Below, in pieces: positions 1 through 9,752 of a DNA stretch of 64,000 nucleotides. The first letter of the stretch is position 1. Each line of letters opens with the position of its first letter. Below the pieces are notes generated by a model that saw nothing but the letters and a program-made list of their open reading frames with translations, made no database searches and had not been told where the DNA came from. Source of the stretch: an uncultured Erysipelotrichaceae bacterium (GTDB lineage Bacteria > Bacillota_I > Bacilli_A > RF39 > UBA660); contig CACYLI010000001.1 in the NCBI GenBank assembly GCA_902775285.1, positions 143,251 to 207,250 on the forward strand, given 5' to 3'. The position numbers and the translations under genes were made by a program.

Positions 1-833
1 AACTCACTCATAGTTTCATTCCATTTTTTCCAATCAGTATTTTTAAGTTTACCTGTTTTTAATACATCTCCATCTATTTTTCCAACGCATCCAAACATTC
101 TTTTAATTATTTCTTCTGCTCCCATTTCAAGAGAGAAAAAAGCAACACTTTTCTTTTCTTTAATTGCTACATTTAAAGCTATGTTTAATGCAAAAGCACT
201 TTTACCAGAACCTGGACGTCCAGCTATTATTATAACTTGATTCTTTTGAAGACCTCTAGTCATTGCATCAAAATCATAAAAACCAGTTCTTAGTCCAGTA
301 TATTCACTCTTAGTTTCTGATAAAGCTTCCATATTTTTTTGAAGTTCAGGTAATATATCTTGAATTCTCTTAATATCTCGCCCTAATTTATCATTATATA
401 CACTAAGTACACTTCTTTCTGCATTTTCTACTATATCTACAATTGGTTCCTGTTCATCATAACATTCTTCTTGTATTTTAGATGTAACTGATATCATGTT
501 CCTTAATACATATTTTTCAAACATTATTCTTATATAGTAGTTTAAATTAGCTGTAGATGGAACTGAATTTATTATTTCGGTAATATATTCAACACCACCA
601 ACTTTAGATAAAACTTTATTTTTTTCTAGTTCATTACAAATAGTATTTGTATCAACAGGAATATTATTAGAATGTAAATATGCCATAGATTTAAAAATAA
701 GTTTATTATTTTCACTATAAAACATATCTTCATTTACTTCATCAAGTATTTTATCTAATGCTGTCTTTTCTAAAAAGCCACAGCCAAGTACAGATATTTC
801 TGCTTCTATATTTTGAGGTTCTTTTCTTGGCAT
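1..833 (-). CDS. dnaB: replicative DNA helicase DnaB (5' part of gene; 3' end beyond window start)
   Basis: Runs off the window so absent from the ORF track. Minus-strand ATG at 833, AGGAGG at 838-843. Translation starts MPRKEPQNIEAEISVLGCGFLEK. Same frame gives Walker A IIIAGRPGSGKSAFALN near 190-240. Lies directly downstream of rplI as in Bacillus. Confidence 0.85.
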   Translation of the reverse strand, partial: MPRKEPQNIEAEISVLGCGFLEKTALDKILDEVNEDMFYSENNKLIFKSMAYLHSNNIPVDTNTICNELEKNKVLSKVGGVEYITEIINSVPSTANLNYYIRIMFEKYVLRNMISVTSKIQEECYDEQEPIVDIVENAERSVLSVYNDKLGRDIKRIQDILPELQKNMEALSETKSEYTGLRTGFYDFDAMTRGLQKNQVIIIAGRPGSGKSAFALNIALNVAIKEKKSVAFFSLEMGAEEIIKRMFGCVGKIDGDVLKTGKLKNTDWKKWNETMSE

Positions 834-845
834 ACTTCCTCCTAC

Positions 846-1283
846 TTATTTTTCTAAAATTACATTAATATTAAATGAAACTTTTTTATGTAAAGTTACT
901 TTAACTATATGAGTTCCTAGTGAATTAATATCTTCATTAGTTGATATTTTCTTTTTGTCAATATCAAATCCCATTTTACTTAATTCTTCACTAATTTGTT
1001 TAGATGATATACTTCCAAACACTTTATCATTTTCTCCAGTTTTAACTTTAAATTTAATGTTTTTATTTTCAAGTTTATTTTTAATCTTATTACATTCTTC
1101 TATTAATGCATCTTCTTTATCTTTTCTATCTTTAATTTCAGTGTTTAAAACTTCAACACTTTTTTGTGTATATGGTACAGCAAGTTTTTGTGATATTAAG
1201 TATGTAGCATATCCATCCTTTACATCTTTAATTTCATCTTTTTTAGCCTGCTTTTTTACATCAGTTAAAAATATAACTTTCAT
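846..1283 (-). CDS. rplI: 50S ribosomal protein L9
   Basis: 145 aa, MKVIFLTDVKKQAKKDEIKDVKDGYATYL N-terminus typical of bL9. Conserved rplI-dnaB order. Confidence 0.95.
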   Translation of the reverse strand: MKVIFLTDVKKQAKKDEIKDVKDGYATYLISQKLAVPYTQKSVEVLNTEIKDRKDKEDALIEECNKIKNKLENKNIKFKVKTGENDKVFGSISSKQISEELSKMGFDIDKKKISTNEDINSLGTHIVKVTLHKKVSFNINVILEK

Positions 1284-1334
1284 TTTTTACCTCCCACACA
1301 TTTAATTTATAATTATTATAACATAGTTACACAT

Positions 1335-1360
1335 AAAAAAATAGTATAGAATTCTATACT
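1335..1360 (-). terminator. intrinsic terminator after cse60-like gene
   Basis: Perfect 18-bp palindrome AGTATAGAATTCTATACT (1343-1360) followed on the minus strand by a T-run (A-run 1335-1341 on plus). Confidence 0.6.
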
Positions 1361-1526
1361 ATTTATAAATAATCATCGCTGAAAAACAATAAACTTGTTC
1401 TTCAGAAAATATAGATACAGATGTTCTAAATTGAATATCTAAAACTTCTATATCATTCTCTAAAAATAAATTAATATCTTTTTCTAAATCTTTTTCATGA
1501 TTTTCATCAAATATTTTAACTTTCAT
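1359..1526 (-). CDS. small sporulation protein, Cse60-like (55 aa)
   Basis: Below the ORF-track cutoff. Own translation: MKVKIFDENHEKDLEKDINLFLENDIEVLDIQFRTSVSIFSEEQVYCFSAMIIYK. It resembles the Cse60/YteV pattern (short, N-terminal KxFDExHEKDLE, C-terminal hydrophobic ...ILYK). Recognition from memory only. Confidence 0.5.
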   Translation of the reverse strand: MKVKIFDENHEKDLEKDINLFLENDIEVLDIQFRTSVSIFSEEQVYCFSAMIIYK

Positions 1527-1583
1527 ATTTTCACCATAAAAATAATATCATATTATAAATAAAAATAATGTCATAAAATAACA

Positions 1584-2453
1584 TTATTTTTTATTTTTAT
1601 CTTCTTTAATTCTTTTTCTTATTTCTTCTAATTTTATAGTATTTGTTTTTTCAATTCCAATCTCAGCTGAATTTCTATTAATGTATAATCCAATAACAAA
1701 TATATATGCAAGTACATAAAACCAAAATAACAAAATTACTATATTTGCTAAATTACCATATACAAGATCAAATCTAGCTATATTATTAATATAATATGAA
1801 TATAATATTGTAATAACTAACCATCCAATTGTAGTAAATAATGACCCTTTATTCATATACTTACTTGATACCTTTTCATCTGGAGCTATAAAATAAACAA
1901 GCTTTATTATAAAAAACATTACTATTAAAGATACAGGAACTTGTAGTAAAGCATACAAGTTATCAATAAACGTTTGATTATTAGCTATAAAATTAGTAAA
2001 ATGACCAATAATATTTATAATAGTTCTACCAAACAAAGGAACTATCATCATAAATGCAATTAGTATTATTAATATAATACAAAGCAATAATGATTTAATA
2101 AATCTTTTTAAAACATTAGCATTTTCAAACTCATATATTGTATTACTCGCTATAATAATTGAATTACATCCATTAGTCATAACAACAATACTTAGCCATA
2201 AGGTTAAAAATGATGCCATTGTCATTTCATCTGCTAATACAGGTTTTATATATTTTACTGCACTTTGTGGTAAAACATCTGATAAAAACGTTTGTAAAAA
2301 GTCCATTGGTAAATGAAAAGAAGTTAAAAAATAGAATAATAATGTTAATATTGGAATTATAGCTAAAAAGAAAGAATATGCTAGATTTCCTGGCAAAATT
2401 CCTAATTCTTTTCCAATAAGTAACTTATATATTCTATTTATTTTTTCTTTCAT
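1584..2453 (-). CDS. YihY/BrkB-family polytopic membrane protein
   Basis: 289 aa, about 6 hydrophobic helices, N-terminal LGILPGNLAYSFFLAIIPILTLL typical of the YihY family. Confidence 0.7.
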   Translation of the reverse strand: MKEKINRIYKLLIGKELGILPGNLAYSFFLAIIPILTLLFYFLTSFHLPMDFLQTFLSDVLPQSAVKYIKPVLADEMTMASFLTLWLSIVVMTNGCNSIIIASNTIYEFENANVLKRFIKSLLLCIILIILIAFMMIVPLFGRTIINIIGHFTNFIANNQTFIDNLYALLQVPVSLIVMFFIIKLVYFIAPDEKVSSKYMNKGSLFTTIGWLVITILYSYYINNIARFDLVYGNLANIVILLFWFYVLAYIFVIGLYINRNSAEIGIEKTNTIKLEEIRKRIKEDKNKK

Positions 2454-2454
2454 T

Positions 2455-4470
2455 TTATTTTCCTTTATTTTTATTAATCATATTTAATGCATCATTAATT
2501 GCATCATCAATAGTCATCTCATCACTTAATATCATCTTGTATCCAATAGATACTCCATAATCTTTATTAGGTAATGCACTTGCAAATTCACGATTTAATC
2601 TATGAATATATGAACCTATTTTCTTTTCATCATGACCAACTAAATAAATAATAAATTCATCTCCATCTGTTCTCATTATTTCTGAATTATCTCTTTGTGT
2701 TTTAATAAGAACACTGGCAACTGCTTTAATTTGATTATCTCCTGCTTCATGTCCAATTTTATCATTTAATACTTTTAATTTATTAATATCAATTACAACT
2801 ATTGCTTGAGGATAAACTTTTGTAGATGACCAGAATTCAATATTATCATTTAAATAATTTCTATTTTTTAAATTAGTCATCGCATCAAAATAATATAATC
2901 TATCTTCTTTTTTAATCTTTTTATTACTTAATAATTTTTTAACTATTATATATATTACAAATATTAAAGATATTATTCCAATAACTATATATAATAGATT
3001 ACTTATTATAAAGTTTAAAAGTCTATTACTTTTTAAGGTTTCAATAACACTAACAACACTTTCATTTTTAACTTCATTAGAACTTAGTGTACTTAAATAA
3101 AAGTCAAATAAATTATTAAATGCTGTATTTTTCTTTTTAAGTAAAAATGAATTATTTAGTTTAACACTATCAATATATCTAATACTATAATTTCTTAATG
3201 AAGAATCTTTATAATAATCATATACTTCTTTTTCAACAATAATAATTGATTTATCATTTATATTCTTAAGCATTGATTTAACACTAGGGAAATCATTAAT
3301 TTCAAATAAATTTTTACTAGCCATATTATATTTTAAATTCATATTATTAAGCATATCTACATTAATATTAGATAAACTATATAGAGAATTTATAACAATA
3401 TTATTTTTATTATTAGCTAAAACCACATATTCAGTTGGTCCTAATACTCTACTACTAGTATAATTATCATCACTTAGTGAATAATAATTCATAGCAATAT
3501 CTACTTTACTATTTACTAACGCTAATCCTAAATCTTTAGTATCTTTATATTCAACATATTTATATGTTACACCAGTCATATTAGAAAATTTAGATAAATA
3601 AGTGTCTGTTAAACCAGTAAATGTTTTTCCAATCATACCTTCATATGGAAGATTATCAACATATCCTACTATAAAATCTTCACTAGTGATTGATTCTTTT
3701 TGTAACTCTGTATATTTTTTAGCATCATAGTATAAATTTAAAAAATACTCATTAGTTTTAGATATAGATTTTTCTTCCCATCTATAATAAAACTTAGACA
3801 TAATACTATTTAATGTTTCATCTTTATTATCTTTAAAATCTAATACATAATAGGAATATAATCCATCTAAATGAAATACAATATCATATTCTTCTTCAAT
3901 TATTCTATCTAAATATCTATACATAGGTACAATCATAAAATCAATTGATTTAGAATCATATGCAGATTTTAAGCTTTCAAAATTTTCATAGGTAGAAATA
4001 TTAATATTTTTGTGTTCTGTTAAATAATAAGATACACTTTCATTATCTGTAGTTATTACCCCTACTTTTTTATAATTTAAATCTTCTAATTTATTAACTG
4101 TATTTGTGCCTAAAACAATAAAATGATCCTTGTAAAACAATATATCTTCAGTATTTAAATCATTCTTATTTATTAGTTTAATGTCTGAAGTTTCATCAGA
4201 TATTATATTTATATTTAACCCAGTATTTTCTTTTAAAGCACTAATATAATCAAAAAACACTCCACTTCCATTATTAGAAAAAACAGGAAGATATGGTTCA
4301 ACATAAACATCTAATGTTTTACTTAAATTATCAGTTATCCATCTTTTTTCATTATATGAATAATTATTTACTGTACTAGTAATATAATATAATGTACCAA
4401 AAAATCCAACTACTACTAGTATGATAGCAATAAATGCTATTAATACTTTCTTTTTTTTATTTCTTTTCAT
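2455..4470 (-). CDS. membrane diguanylate-cyclase-like protein (two periplasmic solute-binding-like modules + GGDEF domain with DGDEF variant site)
   Basis: 671 aa. N-terminal TM helix, ~470-aa extracytoplasmic region, second TM (LLYIVIGIISLIFVIYIIV). C-terminal GGDEF domain motifs DAMTNLKNRNY, DINKLKVLNDKIGHEAGD, RTDGDEF. Confidence 0.8.
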   Translation of the reverse strand: MKRNKKKKVLIAFIAIILVVVGFFGTLYYITSTVNNYSYNEKRWITDNLSKTLDVYVEPYLPVFSNNGSGVFFDYISALKENTGLNINIISDETSDIKLINKNDLNTEDILFYKDHFIVLGTNTVNKLEDLNYKKVGVITTDNESVSYYLTEHKNINISTYENFESLKSAYDSKSIDFMIVPMYRYLDRIIEEEYDIVFHLDGLYSYYVLDFKDNKDETLNSIMSKFYYRWEEKSISKTNEYFLNLYYDAKKYTELQKESITSEDFIVGYVDNLPYEGMIGKTFTGLTDTYLSKFSNMTGVTYKYVEYKDTKDLGLALVNSKVDIAMNYYSLSDDNYTSSRVLGPTEYVVLANNKNNIVINSLYSLSNINVDMLNNMNLKYNMASKNLFEINDFPSVKSMLKNINDKSIIIVEKEVYDYYKDSSLRNYSIRYIDSVKLNNSFLLKKKNTAFNNLFDFYLSTLSSNEVKNESVVSVIETLKSNRLLNFIISNLLYIVIGIISLIFVIYIIVKKLLSNKKIKKEDRLYYFDAMTNLKNRNYLNDNIEFWSSTKVYPQAIVVIDINKLKVLNDKIGHEAGDNQIKAVASVLIKTQRDNSEIMRTDGDEFIIYLVGHDEKKIGSYIHRLNREFASALPNKDYGVSIGYKMILSDEMTIDDAINDALNMINKNKGK

Positions 4471-4475
4471 TTAAA

Positions 4476-4937
4476 TCACCAAACAACTTTTAAACTATTA
4501 GCATTCTTAGAACCAAATACTGGAAAATTAGTATTTTCAGTTTCACCAGAATAAGTTAGTATAAATTGAATTTCATAATAAGTTAAATTCTCTTCTCCTA
4601 TTTTATCAAGTGATTTAATTGCTAAATCACGAGCTGTATCAACTTTAATAGATTCTTTAAAATCAATAGTAATATAAATTACCCTTCCTTCTACTGTTAC
4701 ATTTGTCTTATTAACTGAACTAGTTTCAGCATAAACAGATGCTATATCTTCAGATAAAGTATCACTTAATTTATAATTTTCTATTCCTTCTAATCTAGTA
4801 TCACCATATTTACTTGTACTAATGCCTGAATAGAAATATTTATAAAATAAAAACCCTATCATTAAAAAACATACAAGTAATATTCCTAGTAATATTAATA
4901 ACATTGTATTATCTTGTTTCCTTTTATTTTTGCTCAT
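4476..4937 (-). CDS. hypothetical membrane-anchored protein
   Basis: 153 aa. Basic N-terminus plus one TM helix (MLLILLGILLVCFLMIGFLFY) then a ~110-aa soluble domain. 5-nt gap to the downstream GGDEF gene, so probably co-transcribed. Confidence 0.55.
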   Translation of the reverse strand: MSKNKRKQDNTMLLILLGILLVCFLMIGFLFYKYFYSGISTSKYGDTRLEGIENYKLSDTLSEDIASVYAETSSVNKTNVTVEGRVIYITIDFKESIKVDTARDLAIKSLDKIGEENLTYYEIQFILTYSGETENTNFPVFGSKNANSLKVVW

Positions 4938-5109
4938 TTTTTAAAACACCTTCCTCGGCTCTAAATATTATACACTATTTTATTCTTAATTTCCATATAA
5001 TATTATTATTCCCATTTATCTTTATATGATAATATTATACTACATTTAGTATTTTATATAAAGTAAAAGACTTAATTTTATATAAAATAGGTTGAAGTAC
5101 AAAAAAATG

Positions 5110-5138
5110 TTGACAAAATAGTCTTTTTCAAGTAAAAT
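5110..5138 (+). promoter_or_regulatory. sigma-A type promoter of tRNA-Gly
   Basis: TTGACA (5110-5115), 17-nt spacer, TAAAAT (5133-5138), about 20 nt upstream of the tRNA 5' end. Confidence 0.7.
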
Positions 5139-5157
5139 GAATATTGCATTGAGAGAT

Positions 5158-5231
5158 GCAGGTGTAGTTTAATGGTAGAACTTCAGCCTTCCAAGCTGCT
5201 AACGTGGGTTCGATTCCCATCACCTGCTCCA
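5158..5231 (+). tRNA. tRNA-Gly (anticodon UCC)
   Basis: 74 nt folded by hand. Acceptor GCAGGTG/CACCTGC, D-arm GTTT-AATGGTA-GAAC, anticodon loop CTTCCAA (TCC), T-arm GTGGG-TTCGATT-CCCAT, encoded CCA. Close to Bacillus tRNA-Gly(UCC). Confidence 0.93.
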
Positions 5232-5270
5232 TTTGTAAAAATCGTCGCACCAAGCGATGTTGAGATAAAG

Positions 5271-5297
5271 CTCAATTCGAAAGAATTGAGTTTTTTT
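5271..5297 (+). terminator. intrinsic terminator after tRNA-Gly
   Basis: CTCAATTC-GAAA-GAATTGAG stem-loop (5271-5290) followed by TTTTTTT (5291-5297). Confidence 0.8.
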
Positions 5298-5322
5298 GTC
5301 GTTTATGAAAGGTTGTGATGAT

Positions 5323-5604
5323 ATGTTAAATATTATTAAAGAAAAACTTGATTTAAGCCCCGATTTGAAGAAAAAGATTGATTGGGCTAAGAATTATACT
5401 TCTACTTCTATAAAACTTGAGAAAGGCCATTTAATTAGATTAGAACCTAGTAATCTTGCTTATGTAGATCCACATAAAGTTATTATTAATGATTATACAT
5501 TTCTCTTTTTCAATGGTATTAATTCTTTCTATGTTAATAACCTAAATGATAGACACAACTTATCTGAATTAGAAAACTACTTTAAACTAGCTAAAAATTG
5601 CTAA
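5323..5604 (+). CDS. hypothetical protein (93 aa from ATG 5323; track ORF starts at TTG 5296)
   Basis: MLNIIKEKLDLSPDLKKKIDWAKNY..., no recognisable motif. Start chosen at the ATG about 10 nt after AAAGG. Coding status itself uncertain. Confidence 0.35.
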   Translation: MLNIIKEKLDLSPDLKKKIDWAKNYTSTSIKLEKGHLIRLEPSNLAYVDPHKVIINDYTFLFFNGINSFYVNNLNDRHNLSELENYFKLAKNC

Positions 5605-5607
5605 CTA

Positions 5608-5635
5608 TTGACTTATTTTAAAAAAGTGATATTAT
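5608..5635 (+). promoter_or_regulatory. candidate promoter for recombinase leader
   Basis: TTGACT (5608-5613), 16-nt spacer ending in TG, TATTAT (5630-5635), i.e. extended -10 TGaTATTAT. Confidence 0.45.
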
Positions 5636-5679
5636 AAATAACCAGTGCATAGGTATGCTCTAGAAATGGAGGTACATCT

Positions 5680-5754
5680 ATGATTAAAAGCAAAGAATTA
5701 AATATTTATAATATAAATAATTTTGAGGAGTCAGTAGTATTTAGACTTTATTAG
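5680..5754 (+). CDS. possible 24-aa leader peptide upstream of recombinase
   Basis: GGAGG (5668-5672) 7 nt before ATG 5680. Translation MIKSKELNIYNINNFEESVVFRLY, stop 5752-5754. Its 3' third forms the 5' arm of the following hairpin. Confidence 0.25.
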   Translation: MIKSKELNIYNINNFEESVVFRLY

Positions 5755-5774
5755 ATACTATTGGCTCCTCTTTT
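5725..5774 (+). promoter_or_regulatory. terminator-like hairpin / possible attenuator in recombinase leader
   Basis: GAGGAGTCAGTAGTA (5725-5739) pairs with TACTATTGGCTCCTC (5756-5770), 15 bp with 2 mismatches, followed by TTTT. A second small stem TTTCG/CGAAA follows, then RBS AGGAGG and ATG 5808. Confidence 0.4.
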
Positions 5775-5795
5775 CGTTTATACGAAAGGAAATAA

Positions 5796-7625
<1,830 letters not shown>

Positions 7626-7629
7626 AAGC

Positions 7630-7864
7630 ATCCATAATTTCATCCATAACAAATCCTTATAAAATAAGGGTTTGTTTTAGTTTACCATCCATCTTTGTGG
7701 ATGGATTTTGCAAGTGCAAAATAAGTTTTTCCCTATGAAGAAGCCTTATGAAATAAGGTTTTGAAATAGTTTAAGGGAAAATCTCTTATGCTCTTATTAT
7801 TTTTAATACCAAAAATAATGCAATTATGGTCGAAAATAATCCATAAACATCCACAATTGTGGAT
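7630..7864. repeat. non-coding cluster of ATCCA(T/C) repeats, palindromes and a ~30-bp direct repeat
   Basis: ATCCAT at 7630, 7642, 7687, 7839. ATCCAC 7849 and its inverse forming the 16-bp palindrome ATCCACAATTGTGGAT (7849-7864). CCATCCA..TGGATGG (7685-7704). TTTTGCAAGTGCAAAA (7706-7721). Direct repeat CCTTATrAAATAAGGkTTTGwwwTAGTTTA at 7655-7684 and 7744-7773. Confidence 0.8.
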
Positions 7865-7870
7865 ATAAAA

Positions 7871-7892
7871 AAGCAGATAAAAAAATCTGCTT
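7871..7892. terminator. hairpin terminator downstream of Nudix gene (possibly bidirectional)
   Basis: AAGCAGAT-AAAAAA-ATCTGCTT. A/T runs lie on both sides. 8 nt from the Nudix stop codon. Confidence 0.6.
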
Positions 7893-7899
7893 CAATATT

Positions 7900-8361
7900 C
7901 TAAATCTTTCTTATTTCATATTTTAAAACTTTACATTTATCATCTAGTAAAAACTTACCTTCAAACATTTCATCTTTAAATAAATATGGTGTAAATTTTA
8001 GATTTTGATCGAATTGATTTATAGTTGGCAAATCATTCATATCAATCCATTCTAATTCACCTTCAGGAGAGTTATGTGTTAATTCTCCTTCATATTGATC
8101 TGCTGTAAAAACAAATATTATTCCTTCAATTGAATCATGCCAATAAGAAATACCTTGTAATTTTGGATTTATTAAAGTTAATCCTGTTTCTTCATAGAAT
8201 TCTCTAATAATACAATCTGAAGGTATTTCATCAGTTTCAAATTTACCACCTGGTGGAGCATATACTTGTCCCCATTTATTATAAAACTTAATCATTAATA
8301 CTTTATTATCTTTTTTTAAATAACATGCTGTTGAATTATTATGAACAATTCTATATCCCAT
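7900..8361 (-). CDS. Nudix hydrolase (MutT-like)
   Basis: Start moved to ATG 8361 (AGGAGG at 8368-8373). Full Nudix box GGKFETDEIPSDCIIREFYEETGL = Gx5Ex7REUxEExGU. Confidence 0.85.
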   Translation of the reverse strand: MGYRIVHNNSTACYLKKDNKVLMIKFYNKWGQVYAPPGGKFETDEIPSDCIIREFYEETGLTLINPKLQGISYWHDSIEGIIFVFTADQYEGELTHNSPEGELEWIDMNDLPTINQFDQNLKFTPYLFKDEMFEGKFLLDDKCKVLKYEIRKI

Positions 8362-8417
8362 ATTAAACCTCCTGTACTTGTTATATTGTATCATACAATA
8401 GCAAGTATTTACCATAT

Positions 8418-9509
8418 TTAATTATTTTTCATATATTCTATATCATTTTTATTTTCAATCCAATATTTAATTACAGATCTTGAAATTAATGTTGAAATTG
8501 TAAATGCTATTTTATAAGCCTCAGCTTTTTTATCAATGGTGCCATTAGTACCTTCTACAAATTTTTTTGTTGCTTTTGTTTTTTGATTTAGCGTATTTAA
8601 ATCTTTTAATATTTTTTCATAATTTCCGTGAACAATATCTGATCTAATATCATAAGTAAATTTTAATAATGAACTTACTGCATTATTTGAACTTGGAGAT
8701 AAAAACTTTTTAAGTATTAACCCTCCTTTTAAAACAAATGCTTTTTCAATATCTTCTTTTTCTCTTATAATTAAACTTTCCACAATAGTTATATTAGATA
8801 TAATAGCATTTTGCATCATAGTGTAATCACAAAACAATAAATCTATGATATCAATAAATTTACTTATTCCATTTATATCTAAACTATTTATGAACTTTTC
8901 TAAGTTTAATAAAAAGCCATTAGTTGTGGTAACTTCTTTAATTGTTTTATATTTAACTTTTGAATAGTTAAATATGAATGAAAGCATTAAACCATGAATA
9001 AAGTATTTATCAGTTTTATCTAATGGATTATCCTCTAATATAAAAGAATAATCTTTTTTCATTGGTACATTTTTATTTAGTAATGGTGATTCATATATCT
9101 CGTTTAAAGACAGAATATTGGAAATAAATTTTTTCTCATCTTTAATTCCAAGTTCTAAGAATTTAGAGCTATCAACTTCAATTATCACCAATTTATTAAC
9201 TATTTGCTTTATATAATCTATGTTATTGAAAACAAATCCAGATTTCAATAATCCAAATGAAGCGATAATCAATTCTCTAACTTCATCACTTTTTATTTTT
9301 TCAATTTCAAGTAAGTATTTTATAGATGTCTCAGATATATCTTTATTTTTTTCATAAAAAGATTGTAATTCATCTTTTTTCGCATAAATATTTACAATAT
9401 TATCAATTATAAATTTCTTTTCTTTTTTTGTTGCATTTCTAATGATAATACCCATTTTTTTAAAGCATATTTTTTTTCTCAAATTAAAATCAAAATAAAC
9501 TGTATACAT
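8418..9509 (-). CDS. hypothetical protein with C-terminal HEPN-like Rx4H motif (putative Abi-type RNase)
   Basis: Start taken at ATG 9509, 11 nt after GAGGGAG (track ORF begins at GTG 9518). 363 aa. C-terminal predicted helical region contains LLKFTYDIRSDIVHGNYEK (R-x4-H-G, as in RNxxAHG of many HEPN families). The N-terminal ~240 aa has no recognisable motif. Confidence 0.4.
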   Translation of the reverse strand: MYTVYFDFNLRKKICFKKMGIIIRNATKKEKKFIIDNIVNIYAKKDELQSFYEKNKDISETSIKYLLEIEKIKSDEVRELIIASFGLLKSGFVFNNIDYIKQIVNKLVIIEVDSSKFLELGIKDEKKFISNILSLNEIYESPLLNKNVPMKKDYSFILEDNPLDKTDKYFIHGLMLSFIFNYSKVKYKTIKEVTTTNGFLLNLEKFINSLDINGISKFIDIIDLLFCDYTMMQNAIISNITIVESLIIREKEDIEKAFVLKGGLILKKFLSPSSNNAVSSLLKFTYDIRSDIVHGNYEKILKDLNTLNQKTKATKKFVEGTNGTIDKKAEAYKIAFTISTLISRSVIKYWIENKNDIEYMKNN

Positions 9510-9612
9510 AACATGCACATCTCCCTCAAAAAAAATGATTATATATAAATATTATATCATGATTATTTACTCTTTCACTATAATGTGATATATTTAATAT
9601 GTAATTGAGTTT

Positions 9613-9654
9613 TATCTCGTTACATTTGTCGGTAATTGTTTCTCAAACGAGATA
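9613..9654. repeat. inverted repeat TATCTCGTT-N24-AACGAGATA
   Basis: 9-bp perfect arms (9613-9621, 9646-9654) in a locally GC-richer patch of the intergenic region upstream of the HEPN-like gene. Confidence 0.6.
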
Positions 9655-9669
9655 CACAATTGCTCCATT

Positions 9670-9703
9670 AAAAAATTAGACTAGTCAATTGACTAGTTTT
9701 TTT
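9670..9703. terminator. bidirectional terminator-like palindrome
   Basis: ACTAGTCAATTGACTAGT (9680-9697), perfect 18-bp palindrome flanked by an A-run (9670-9675) and a T-run (9697-9703). Confidence 0.5.
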
Positions 9704-9725
9704 ATTTAACAATTGGTGAAATACT

Positions 9726-9751
9726 AAAAAAATTAGTCAAAATGACTAATT
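9726..9751 (-). terminator. intrinsic terminator of amino-acid ABC operon
   Basis: AATTAGTCA-AAA-TGACTAATT (9731-9751) immediately after the ATPase stop (9753). Followed on the minus strand by a T-run (A-run 9726-9732 on plus). Confidence 0.7.
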
Positions 9752-9752
9752 T

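Noticed and set aside
5233-5270. GC-richer stretch ATCGTCGCACCAAGCGATG after tRNA-Gly considered as a second tRNA fragment or att core
   Set aside because: It forms only a 4-bp stem and has no tRNA-like arms. I found no second copy elsewhere in the window, so the evidence is insufficient.
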